DNA from: Trichoplax sp. H2
Taxonomy: Eukaryota
Direction: 5' to 3'
Assembly (NCBI GenBank): GCA_003344405.1
Contig: NOWV01000028.1
Location: forward strand, 124,001-188,000
DNA length: 64,000 nucleotides
Positions 23,614 through 37,214 of the stretch are shown one piece after another; positions within the stretch are counted from its first letter, which is position 1; each line of letters begins with the position of its first letter. The notes under the pieces are model-generated. The model did not search any database. It had not been told where the DNA came from and saw only the letters and a program-made list of their open reading frames with translations. A program made the position numbers and the translations under genes.

Positions 23614-26600
23614 GTCAATAAATATTTTATCAAAAAACGATGAAACCTTGCTCTTTCCGAAAAAAATTAGATTTTCAAACGACGCAATCGACGACCATTT
23701 GCTTAACTGATTCGGCGTAAAAACTGAAATTGTACTGATATTCACGAAAAGAGCTATATAAAATATGAAAATTTGAACGTATCATTCATGATAGTATAAA
23801 AACAGTATGTGGGAAAGTATTGTGGAGTTGTTTTTAACGGTAATTTTAGTGTTTGTTTTGGTTGTCGTTAGGCATAATGTTTATTTCTATCTAGTTCATA
23901 AAAACAATTTGAAAATCTCTTTTGCTCATAATTTAAATTCTATATTTATAATATAGTGCCAAAGTTATTCTAAATGTTATGATCAAGCCGATGCATGGTG
24001 CACTATAATTTTAAGTCATTAAGTCATTGGTGCAAAGTTGTTGCATTCTACTATAAATGATAAACAAGCAGTTCTCAAGACCTAATAAATCAACTCTATA
24101 AAAATCCACAGAGTGTTACTTTATCTTTCATGAAATAATGAGGAATATATTATCAATTACAGATATTTCCTTGCCGATCTTCAATACTGTAATGGTACGC
24201 ATATATATGTAAAGGTAGACAACAAACATATAATGTTATTTTTTTGTATAAATAGTTCAGTTAACAGTACTTATATGTTTGATCACTCTGCACTATTATT
24301 AACTATCTTAATATCGATCACTTTTAAAGCCCTAGTAGAGTATATAACATTACTTAATTTTGTGACCTTGATAGCATCATAACAATGACAGATACGCTCT
24401 TATGATAAATTTCTAAGGATGACGTACAGTGTCAGTTTTAACACAAAGCTGATTAGGTTTTTTGTTCGGTATCTGCTAAATAAAATGATGTGAGAATTCA
24501 GTACAAGATACAGCATTGCTATAATTTTAATATTCGGTTGGTAATTGTGTGAGGATGCTAGATTAATCATAATTCAACATTTTTATAGTTAGCCAAAACT
24601 CTTACGAGATTTTAATGGCTGAAAATCTGCCAATGATGTTTATGTATCGTACTCAAAAATGAAGGCATCTCTTTCTTGCAAGAAATAATCGTCTAACACA
24701 TAATTATTTCTTCAGGTTCCGTTGATCTTTTTATCAATTAGCTATTATGATCTAAGAGATGTAACGTTACGTGCCAAAAGTATTTAGAGTCTTGCATCGT
24801 CAAGACTTCAGATAAACACTTTTAAAAATACTAGTGTCAGCTTTTTTAAAATAAGTCTAATCAAATTTAAGATATGAGCATAGTTATCATATAAAATTAT
24901 TTAAAATCAAATTAAACTTAAGAACGTTTTTGGATGTTTTACTCACAGTTATAATCTACTACATATACGAACATTGACAGACCTCATAGAACATTAAGAT
25001 CATAATGATGATCATTGTTCCGCTAAAGAACCTGAACTAAAATATTATTTCAGTTACTGCTGATGTTACCAGCTTCATATTAGCGTATTAACTTAAATTG
25101 CCAATTGTGCTTTATATTTGTATTCAGTCGAGATCTTATAAACAGTAAGAAAGTAAAGTTCTCATACAAGATTGATTATACATTATTATGGTATGGCAGT
25201 AGTTAATTTCCACCTAATCAAGGCAATAAATTTATAATTTTAAATTTACATGACTACTATATGATATTTATTTCTGGGTATTTCTCCTATCAATAGCCAA
25301 AGATTTAAGTTTTAAATTATACTATTGAGCCAATACTCATACAGCACATTTCATGTACTAAATTCATTTTTTTGATTGCCGGTATTTCTATAGCCCCAAT
25401 TTTACTTCGTTTTGTATAAATTCCACACAATTATATAATATCTTAGTGGCGCAATATTGCTAATATTTGCATAAAAATTTTTCTTCGATTAGAATCCAGT
25501 TACGGAAAATTTCTCGGATACAGTTTCTTGACATCAACTTTCTCGTTTATATTTAACATTTATATACTTGCAGGAAAGAACCCTAATTATATATGTGTTT
25601 TAATAAATAGAGCAGAATTCAAAATATGATATGATCCGACCTGGTAGGTGTTGCCCTATTGTATTAAATTTGATAACTGTGATTTTTTAGTCGTATTAGC
25701 ATCTTACGCGAACAAATTATTTTACACCGACTGCTAGTGCGCGAATGAAGGCACTGTACGGTACATATCTATATCTCTCAGACGCTATTTTGCTCGCGGA
25801 AATAGATTAATCTGAATTATGAGCCTGAAATAGCTTTTTATTGGTTGTTTCCCTTAAAAGTAGCATATAAAAATATAGATATTATCTGAGGATTCCTATA
25901 TTAATCTGAGAATCCCTAAATGAGCCCACAACAAACTTTGTATCTATTACTTTTTAAAGTCAATTCCCTTACAATAGGGATACCAGCGAGGATTAAAAGT
26001 TGTGTAATATACTGTAATTCAAGAAAATACATATCGAAAGCCTAGATTTTTTAAAATGCCTAAAATAAATATCTAAAACTACGAAACAAGTCCTGTTGAC
26101 TAAAATTCTCATATACAGTACAGTGATGAGCTATATCCCACGGATAAGGCAAAGTCAATAGGATGACACCTAGGTGAACGTATTTTCCAACTCTTATGGA
26201 TAATTAAATCAGATCTTTATAGTATCTCAGCTTTTCTTCTAATCGATTTTCTTTTCATTTTATAGCATAAATGTTGGCTAGACGCGAGTTATAAATTATG
26301 TAGAGCACATAAATAAAGTTTTTCTGTTATATATTCTTTCCTAAATTGAACCTTAGAAGTAGCTCCTAAGCCCTATTTCCGCCTAGTGAAGAATCATAGC
26401 ATACTTAAGGTTATTTACTGTAGTTAAATCAGCATGTCCTTAAAGTGATCAATATGATAGGCTTCTTGATAACGCAGAAAACATTACGCGGTTGGTACAA
26501 AAACACGAAGCTCAGAAACTATTGGCATTTTTTTATATTATAGTTGTATTCTCACTTAGACCATCTTTACTAGGCCATTTATATTTTGAGAATGAATTCC

Positions 26601-28724
26601 TTCATCTATCGATAACACGAAACTTGGAAGATTTGTCTACATAATTTTATAATTGCTCGTATGTAAAAGAAATTCGATGCGCTATCATACGGCAATTAAG
26701 AACGTGCACCATTAGTTATTTTGTAGTTCTGGAGTTTCAGTTTGTGTAGCTCTGCGTTATGGTTTTATTGAATTATCCATAGCATACTGTACATCTTCAT
26801 ATGTGATAATCTGATAATTTAGTTTGATAGTTCTACTGGCAACTGAGAGTAGGGTTATTTAAGGGGACCGTAATAATTTACTAAATAAAATCGTGAATAT
26901 GAGTCAGAGTTTAGCACGAGCTGTGGTACCTAATGCGTTAGCAAAGTTGAATCCTTAGGAAAACGAGACGCGGCTCTAATAACAAGATGTTGGTACTGTA
27001 GAAATAGGCTGAAACATGACTAATTTCTGTAGTTTAGTATATAGATAACATTAAAATTTTTAGCTAGAAATGTCAATATTGAAGGACAACCGCGAATTAA
27101 TACTGATAAAGTTGTCTATAGGAGAAGTACGTTATATTTCTGGATATAATATCAATTACTAGAAACATTATTTAACACCGAAAAATATCACCGAAAGAAT
27201 CAATGAAACAATTACAAGTATTTAATATCCGTTTTTAACAATATTATACTACAGTTAAATGAGATCTTAGAGCAAAGCCCAGTTGATGTTTAGTTGAACT
27301 GGTAGTTTCTAACCCTGTAAATGTTGTAGAAGATTGAATTCACTATTTTTTTAAATTTACCGTACGAGCTTGCAATGTATTATACGCACATATGAGTACT
27401 TTTGCAGATACGCATAGTTAGTGCAAGCAAATGCTTTATAATACCAATTGAATGTCTTATTTATAATAAACTTGCTATTGATGGTGGACTTAAATGAAAT
27501 AACGAAGCGAACCTAGTAAAATGATGTGCCGTTTGTGATCAGTTCGTATTACGCGTATGTGTTGAATCAGCCCAATGATCTCTCATTACTTGATATAACT
27601 TGCTTTATCTTGAGTGTTTACAAAATTACGGTTTGCAGTACGGTGATATTACTACACATCTCAATACCGTATCCTGAAGTTCTAATTTCTAAATTGAGCC
27701 ATTTGTGACCCATGCCTATTTGCGTTTGACGATTCCATGCACGTGTAAAAAATGCGATACCCTTTATACTAATTTTGTTCGGTTATGCACGACACTGTAG
27801 TGTATCGTCCTGGCGGGTATACTGCAATTCTACACTATCGCTCTTACGAGTATGTCGTACTCATCCCATCAATACAGCAAAATACTAGTGGACTTTCTAT
27901 TTCTGACCGAATTTGCAAGTATTACGGGAGGTATTGAATCTATCCCTTTTCAGTATTTAAGATTACAGTCTGAAGAGTATAAAGAATTGAAAATATCACT
28001 GATAACTATAAACAAGTACAAGTGTTGGGTTTTTCTGCGAAAGGTTAATCCCATAATAATGAGACTAAGCGGAATGCTATGAAGTGGCATATGCGCGTAT
28101 ACACAGACCATTTTGCTAGCATACAGTACATGAACGTAGTGGTGAGCAGTATAATTAACCTTTTACTTGCTACATCAAAGTACTGAACAGTATTATTACT
28201 ATCACGAGGGCTAATTCTACTAGTAGTTATCGATGTTTTAAATACACTACTGTAGATGCTGATCCAGATGAACTATCAATCTCTATTACTGAGATTGTAT
28301 ACCGTGACATATACTCAGTCTCAGTGTATATGACATATATATATATATAGTCCTAAACTCCTAGTAGATATATTAATTTATTTCAAAATTTGTGTCGTTC
28401 GATGACGAACAGTACACTGTACTGTACAGTAACTAACATAAGAGAATATATCTAGAATTTTAAATGTAACATTCACAGTAAATTACAGTACTATGTAACT
28501 CTACATTGGTCATTTCTAGTCATAATATAGTACAGTATAAATTAAGAGAAAATTTGTGGCAACCTTTCTTGAAAGCCACTCGACTTTTGCGAAATTTTCG
28601 GCGAGTAACAAAGTACAGTGAATACTGATGGAGTCAGGCCCTCATACAGACTATAAAGGTTTTGAACCGAACAGAACCTTTCTCAGGTCACCGTCAGGGG
28701 CTTGTAAGACAAACAAATACGAAT

Positions 28725-29062
28725 ATTCTACAGTAACACAGTACAGTATTTCTATTGCTATTAGTACTGTAGGTACAGTACTGTAAACCAGTGTCCAAAG
28801 TACTGTATTGTACAATGTACAGTACTGTACGGTAGTGTCAAAGATGTACAGTAGTATAAAATACAGTACAGTACGTACTGAAGTGTACACAGTACTACTA
28901 CATACTGTACTGTGCTACTGTATGATTGGTTTGGGCCACCGTACTGTATTTCGCTGACCATGCGCACTGCACAGTGCAAGGCTACAGTGTACCGTACTCT
29001 TAGTTGTACTGTATACTGTACTCAGTGTACTGTACACTGTACAAGATGCGGTGCAGTCTACT
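28725..29062. promoter_or_regulatory. TACAGTA/TACTGTA-rich array upstream of SEC62 exon 1
   Basis: Dense ACTGT/ACAGT units ending ~120 bp before the SEC62 ATG; smaller patches at ~28408-28540 and ~29365-29470. Confidence 0.45.
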
Positions 29063-29178
29063 GATTATATTTATTATATTATATTCAGTCAGAGATTTTC
29101 CTCAAATGAATCGAAGATAGAAAGGAAAGTAGTTCTCCATTCCCATCAGATCGTTCATCGTGACGCAGAAACAAAATC

Positions 29179-32100
29179 ATGACTATCAGAGCACGGAAAG
29201 GGAAAAAAGTGACTAAGGTATGTTGATAGCACTGATTGGCGAGTACTACGAGAAACTATTCTATACAGCCTGTGATGACTCGTAATGTGTAGTAGAATCT
29301 TGGAATGAAATTGCTCTACAGTAAAATATAAGCCAACAAACTCGACGTAATTGAGTGCAAACGTCACTGTACTGTACAGGTGTACCGTAGGGTGATACCT
29401 TCTAGTGGACGGTACGGTACTGTATACCACAGTACTGTCTAGTACTGTAGTTCAATTTTACTGCTACAGTAAGATATCAGCGCGACGATTCAAGCATCAC
29501 CATGACGCCATGCCTTGCAAAAATTGCCAATAATCTTTCCTTGGTGATTGTGGATTTTGAAGTTTAAGACTTGCTGGACACCTTTGGGTGAAGACAAACA
29601 TCAGTAATAGGGACACTGGCACTAAATGATGAAATAGTCTTAATTAGTGCCCAGTAGATGCGATGCTCCATACTCCAAACTACTATATTAATGAAACTTT
29701 GATAAGGTGCTAGAGTAATCAATCGTTTTTCCGTCCGTTTCGTTCCATTGCTAACAGCGGCTTAAATGGCACAAGGGTTGATTAGATTCGGTTGAATAAT
29801 ATCGGGTAATATTGGAAAACTAGAATGCTGAGTTTACAAAGTGAACCCAGCTAATTTATTTCGCTATCGCTAAGGAGAGAAGCTTTCCATTCCATTGTAA
29901 TAGGGTTAATATAGTAAAATTCATCTAGGTTATGCCGATGGTGTACGTGTTTTGACTTGTAGCGTACGTAGAGCAAATCCACACTCTCCGGTGCAAGGTA
30001 ATTTCATCGCTTGACAATCAAGTCACAAATCTTATATGTGCGTATATTATACTGGAAGTGTAATATAGGCATAGATTGAAAATAGAACACATAAAAATCA
30101 CTGTAGCCTAGGTAGAATTGTCATGGATTGGAATTGTTTCGTGTGATCCTAACATCATTTAGCCGTTATAATCAAAATAAGACCTACAAGGATAAACACT
30201 ACTCCATTTCGATGACAACAATAAATTTTGTATAGCTTTACTAATCTGATTTTGGGATGCAAGATCTTCGCAAAGATAAATACAGCGTCTGTAGAAAAGA
30301 CGATAGTACTGAGTTGATAGTTCAGGTAGCAGGCACTAGATTCGAAGGTACTATGATCATTTCAACAGGCTGTATCATTCCGGATACATTTCAAAGTTTG
30401 ACTGCTTTAATAACTTTTGGATCAATAGTACTTTTGTATCTTATTTCATATACAATTCCATACAATCGGGAAAGACGATTAAGTTAAATGGTAATTGGTA
30501 CGTTGAGTTATCACCCATTGCAGTACCTTATGTCACCTCTAATAAATTTGAAAGCTTGACTATTTCAATAACTTTCAGATCAACATAGTTAGAATATATT
30601 ACTTGATCAAGAATTTGCTAAAATACAGAAAACGATAGAGGTTAGTTGCAGTATACACACACGTACGAATATTGTATCCTGTCTGACTGAAACGTATACA
30701 TTGAGTTGTTGCAATTTTCTATTCGATCATCGCCAGTACCATAAACAACCCTACTGCAGTTCCAAAGCGAATATTAGAAGGTTGTTAAAACCAACATTTC
30801 TGCAATACTTACTACATTTGATCTAACAGTGAAATTATATCTCTTCCATGGTTTCAGTTCTGCCAACAGTTTAGTTATACGCAGATGTTGCTATAGCCTA
30901 GATTTCAATATGTAGTACAGTATAAGTGTATTACTGTTGTTCACTAAAATTCTTCCATAATTTTCTATTGTATTTTTGTTGAATAGTGTTTATAGCTGAT
31001 AATTTAAATTGATGACAAAGCAAATAGTTATTAACGTAAAGTAGTAAGATAGAAATCAATTCTTCCTTTTCCTATAAGGTAATATGGCGCACGAACAGTC
31101 TGCATGTTGTGATGGAGAAAATTATAAGTTCATAGTTAATGTTTAGCGAGATCATTCTTCAAAGCTAAACAGTCCAATTTCTATCCAATAAAATATCGGT
31201 ATTATTAAAGTGTTATTCATAAACTATCAAGATAGGAACTGTGGATAAGCATTCACATAGTTATTGTCACCCGAATTCGACAATTTCTTAATTACTATGA
31301 AAATTGATCATCTTCTACGCTTATATCACTACTTTATCATTCTTTCCTTGTAAACTTTATATCTCGCTGATTAATTTACTACTCTGTCAGTAATAAGCTT
31401 GACCCTTTAACTATTATACTGTACGTGTATCTCTGTGGACAATGGTACGTTATCAAAGAAATCACTGAAAGTAACATTGTTTATTATTTGTACCAATGAT
31501 TTATTCTATTTTAAAGGAGATTGAATCTGAATCCAAATATTTGAAACATAACAGTAACTAGACATCGTACGTGACGTCTATATGATATAGTTGTACTCGA
31601 TTATGCTCATTTAACTACTTTTAAGATTTTAGTAATGCATTACTAAAGGAAGAAACTGCAGAATTTATGTTCGTATACCTTGAACTGTGTTACGATAACT
31701 GTCAACCTAACACAGACTATTTTATCATCAATAAGGGTTCTACCAAATTTCCGAAATTAAGCTGTGATAGATTGAAATGTACAGAAAAATATAAGACATT
31801 TTCAAAATTATTTTCTTGAAATTAGCTATCTATAACTTCAAATGGTAAACATTAAAATACTGTGGAGGATAACATCAGCAGTGAAGCGATTTTGTCTGTC
31901 GTTACTGTTAGACTAATTATAGAATTTTTGCAAAGATGAAAGTCATGAAATTTAAATAGTGTTTATATACTGACATTAAAGCACTAAATAATTAAGATTT
32001 CTATACATAGACAGTAAGCCACTGCATGGCCATTCATTATTCGTAAGCGATATCAAGAGTACTAAGCCACAATTCAACAAAATGGCCATTATTTATTGCA

Positions 32101-34587
32101 TACAAAATTGAATAGAAATAGGATGATAGCATTCAGACTGTGGTACAGTGCCATCGTAAGAGATGACGAATGATGATAGAGCTTAAAATTTTGAAATAAA
32201 TTCGACTATCTGCGGAATATTCGAGCTTCATCGTTCATCTTTATTCTATATCATGTCCGATAAATACATCTTATTGTTGTTTGTTTTTATTGCCGGGAAA
32301 GAAGAAGTCAGTTAAACTTATTTCTATAACTCATGTAGGAAGTTGAAGAGCAAGATCAACCACCTCAGCAGGAGTCTCCTTTAGACACCAAACTGGTGCA
32401 AGAAATTTTAACAGACCTCCGAAAAAATCTAAAAACTAAAGCAGCTCTATTGCATAAAGAGGAAGTGGACTACTTCATTGGTAGTATTTGTATTTATGTA
32501 ATATAACAACAGGCATTTTTGATCTATTCATATTTCGTGATAAGTATCTGAAAAGTATCTACCTATAGAGTACAGGTTCTTAACCCTAGCATATAATGAA
32601 ATGATAGTAACATACCTGTTTAGATTGGTTAATGACTTGAAAATAACATCCAGTACCGTTACTGTGTCAGTCATTTTCACATAATTTAAATTTTTTTATA
32701 ATGATTGCATTAAGATATACCTATAAAACAATTAATAAGACATTATCGTACCGCCAATAATTGTGCCATCAAAAATTTTTACTCTTTCGGAAATATAACA
32801 CTTCTCAAGTACGAATGTGTATTTAATTTAACCTTTCATACACTTTAAAATTTTCGTTCACAAGGTCAACATGCCGTTAACTATCTTATGGACAGTAAAT
32901 GGGCAACTGGTGATGATGATGCTAAAGTTATATTCGTGGATAGAGCTGATGCCATTGAATTTTGTCAACAGTATGTTATTAATATTATTTAGCTCTGATC
33001 ATTGAAATGGGATAGAAGGCATTACTTATGATTGCTGCTTAAATAAACGGAAAAGATGTGGGTGTTTTGATTTTGTTACATTTTTTGCGTAGGTTACTTC
33101 TGCAACGAAACTTTGTAAGATGTGGCAAAGCTAAAAAGAAAAAGTGGACACCATTTAAAGTAGCAAAAAGCAGTACAAGTGATCATGATAAAAACGACGG
33201 TGATAGTGAAGAAACTAAAGCGGGACATGACAATGCCACTAAAAACATCAAAACTTCTGATAGCAACAAAGATGAGGATTATAATGATGAAGACGCCAAA
33301 GATGATCAGGAACCGAAGGATGACAATGTACCGGAAGAGGAGGTATAATATTATCAATTCCCCAGTTTTGTTCATACATTAGTTTACATTAGTTATTGCT
33401 TGCTAAAAATTTATGATTTTGATAAAGCCGTTAATTTAAATTATGTAGCAGAAAGAGGGTGCTAAAGATGCTGGTAAGAAAAAGAAAAAAAAGGTAATTT
33501 TTATAGTAAATTTCTACATTAATTAAACTACGAAGTAGATAATATGGACTTAATATCTGCTATCCGTACTTTACTTGTCCTTCCGCACTGATATATTATT
33601 TCTTTGTGAATAATAAAATATCAGATCAAGTTAAAGGAACATAAAGAGCAAGAGTTCTTAGACTCTGATGATTTGTACGCTTGGATTTTTCAAATCACTA
33701 GTCCCTATAATTACCTGATTGGCATAGTCATGAGTGAGCTGCAGTTCATATCACATTAGTGTTTATTACTATTTTTGTAATTTTATGAAATCTAACGATA
33801 ATTAAACTTCGTTGTTCACTCACTATAGTGGCCGTATTTATGCTCTATAACCTTCTACCAATTATGCCCGCCGTGGTTGGTCACTATCTGTCACAATTGA
33901 GTACGGTACTACTTTTTATAGTGATAGGTATTATCTGTCTGGCAATAGGTAAGCACATATATATATTATTGATCTATATTATACATTACCCCACTATTAT
34001 TTAAGAAGCAATTGTCGTACTAATCATAGCCGACGTTCGGAAATAGAAGGTTTTATATTGATATGTCATTTGAATCAGTTTCAATGTCAATCCTTTTCTT
34101 TATGTGTAGGTCGTTACTTATTATTCATATTAGTATGGATGTTTACGCTTGGCAAGTACCATTTTTGGTTGTTACCTCAGTTATTTGCAGATTGTTCGTT
34201 CCTGGAATCTTTTACTCCAATTTTCAGTTTACAAGAGTATAAACCATCATCGAAAACGAAAGTAAATTAATTCTGTAGTAATAAAATTTGTAATATTCTT
34301 TGTTTATTTCTTTGGTTTTTACTTAACCACTGGGTATTATACTAATGGGATATTGACTATACTATTAGAATAAATCGGAAAGGAAAAAAAGTTCTTCGAA
34401 GAAAGCAAAAGTAGATAATGATGGAGTCAAATCTGGAGACACAAAACATCAAGCAGAAGTGTCAGATAATAATCAGCCTAAAGGTGATGAACGGCTCGAA
34501 AGTTCAAAGAATGAGATCACTGACACAGACAATGACTGGGAAAAATTAGATATGCCGGTGGAAAATGAAGATGACTCTGATAATTAG
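29179..34587 (+). CDS. SEC62: Translocation protein SEC62, ~393 aa, 9 exons
   Basis: Exons 29179-29217 (MTIRARKGKKVTK, basic like vertebrate exon 1), 32339-32480, 32865-32970, 33093-33342, 33449(or 33452)-33493, 33625-33733, 33829-33948, 34110-34261, 34369-34587 (1182 nt). Motifs VDYFIGQHAVNYLMDSKWA, Lys-rich linker, QEFLDSDDLYAW, two TM helices, GKYHFWLLPQLFADCSFLESFTP. Confidence 0.93.
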
Positions 34588-36594
34588 CTCTTTTGTCGCC
34601 AAGAATCGATAGCAACTGAACAACTGAGCTTTATAATGCATTAATGAAGCGTTATGTTAAAGTTTTAGTCACTGTATTTAAATTTACAGTAATTTAATAT
34701 TGTATCAGTAAAGGGTCATTCTTGGGCAGTGGCATTTTCTTATTATACTGTTAGGTGATTACGATTATGATTTATTCTGTAACAACGGTTTTATAAAATG
34801 ACTATTGTATTAATGTTATCATAATGTACGGTTCATCATAAGCGTAAACAGAATTTAACAAGATTTCAAATCTATGCCTTCTAACATTAGTAACGTTTAT
34901 CATATTAATAAGTTTAGATTAAGAAAAGGGAACTATTTATATAAGAATTCTCAAAATACGAGTATTAGCTATGTAGCCAGCCATTTAGTAATCTACTATG
35001 TACAGTACTTCCGTGGTGTATTTTTGACTTGAATGTGTTCAGGCGTAGGATTTTTACTGTGCAACATTAAGGCACCCGCCACATACTGTAGTTTAAAAGT
35101 AAATACTTATGCAGTAGTATTGTAACAGAACAGAAAAAGACGGATAATAACTTGTGTAAAATATACTGTATGCCAGTTAATGTGCAGAATGTGTACAGCA
35201 TACTGTATTTAATTGAACTGGGGAAATGCTGGTTTGCTGTTAAAAATACGTTGTTATTCGCAGCTGTGAATTGATGTCGGCAATATTTGTAATATTTATT
35301 GACATTGATTAAATCTGAACGTTTCCAAATAAGGATTCTTGTAATGGAATTCTGTTTTGATAGATAACTAAACTCGTTTAGTTTAGACTTTCAACGTAAA
35401 CTATAACACATGTAACCTACTTCGAGAAGTAGAATTTGTTATTCATGAATAAGACAACCAATCATTATGAAGATATCTATGGAAATATACTTATAACCTA
35501 AATTTTTTTAAGTCAAATAGAATACTGTGGCTAAGATTAAATTTTTTCCAAGGTATATCCGAACGAGTTTTTGTACCTATACATATGCTTATTCAATTTT
35601 ACCGAGCCAATAATTTTACAAAGTAATGAACTAACCATAACTAATTTTTAGTTATGCATTATTACTGTACACGCAGTTCTTAATGTATAATCATTAATAA
35701 TATTTGAATTCAGTTTATAAATAATACTCATAAGATTTAAATACGTTGCAATTAAGAAGTTATAGCTATTATAGATAATTGCCTAACCGATGATTATAAT
35801 TCTGTACTGTACGATTACGTAAACTATATACTAATACATAACAAGAAAATAGTTATTTTAAGAATATTTTTTTATAATACTGAAAGTGGAATTGTATATG
35901 ATAATGCGAATAAACTTTAACGCGATCCGATGAAGTTAATATAGCGAGTTAGAATAATTTCAGCAAGGTAGCTTCTCGTAAGTAGTTTAAAATAATAAGA
36001 GCATTCTAGACTTCGCAACAGATACCTAAATTCGTATTGCAAGCCAAAAATAGCCTTGTGTATTAAGAATATCATCCAAATAATCGATGATGGTATTTAC
36101 TCAATCGCTTACTTAATCAATCAGTCATATTTTATAAAAAATATTTATGTCAAATTTAAAGTACAGCAATTTTTTCTTAGTACGGCGTGATAATATTTGA
36201 TAATTGTCATCACTAACTAACTAATTCTATCACAATTACACCAATTCTTTAGTAGCTATTTAAACCTACGATCTATAATTACCTTTTTAAACCTGACTGT
36301 TCATTCTACGTCATGTCGTGATTTACGTACTTTGTATACTATCACATTTTCATACCACATTACTTCTGTAATTAGATGAAAATATCACTTCTATCTACGA
36401 CGACATCGTTTTCTGTTTTTGGCGTACTGTCATTTTTGCTGTTGGTCTTACAAGTACTTGTACATTTCTTGTCCTTGCTAGAATATGAAACTCCATACTA
36501 CTCTTATTAACTTTACAGTAATACTATATAACCGGAATCTCTTTCACACGGATGTTATGCGGAATTAGCTAGTACATTTATTAATAAGAAGTTG

Positions 36595-36972
36595 CCAACA
36601 GCAGAACCTATAGTCCATAGTTAGATGTCTTTATTCAAGAAATTATTGTAACCTAGTTGACGTCATATCCGTAGAGTTGGAACCACCTTGGATACCTGTA
36701 TTTGCTCTTAGTAAATTCTCGAAAATTGTAACATCTACCTTCATTCCATAGACAACAGTAAGAGCCTATCATTAGGCCTATTATTACACTTATAAAGAAA
36801 TGGCTAACGGTAGAACCTATAGTCTATATCAAATATCTATTAAAAAATTGTTATAACCTAGTTAATGTTATATCCGCATATTCGGAATCATCTTTAGATA
36901 TAATTTCTCGCAGTAATTTCTCAAAACTAGTAACATCACTTTTTGATCCATAGCAATCGCAAGCGCCTATCC
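36595..36972. repeat. Degenerate two-copy tandem duplication, period ~209 bp
   Basis: AGAACCTATAGTC...TAACCTAGTT...ATATCCG...GTAACATC...TCCATAG...GCCTATC at ~36602-36770 and ~36811-36971. Confidence 0.75.
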
Positions 36973-37032
36973 TTTCGTTTTTTAATTATTAATTTTTAAT
37001 CTGAGTTCCGCAGAGGCTAACGTAGAGTACAC

Positions 37033-37214
37033 TGTTACTAACGTAAACGGGCTAGTAATAAATATATTTATTAATCTAAACCTATCGTTTGACTCGATTA
37101 CAATAGTATAGGAATATGTTAGTTTTCCCTTACTGAGGATCTCCGGAGTTAGTCGGAGAATCATAAGAGTAGATAGACTAGCATAGGTACGATCACGAAA
37201 GTTGTTTTGTGACA
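37033..37214 (+). mobile_element. LTR-like fragment related to 49470-49597
   Basis: Ends CACGAAAGTTGTTTTGTGACA; candidate start TGTTAC at 37033; AATAAA near 37056; no TSD matching at these boundaries, so 5' limit uncertain. Confidence 0.55.

Noticed and set aside
28545..28720. RNase P or RNase MRP RNA
   Set aside because: Fragments resemble CR-V (ATACAGACTA; CAGGGGCT), but no GAAAGTCCCC-type partner or plausible P1-P3 arrangement is visible.
34262..34368. U12-type intron (CTTAAC branch-like motif)
   Set aside because: Donor is GTAAAT, not RTATCCTT.
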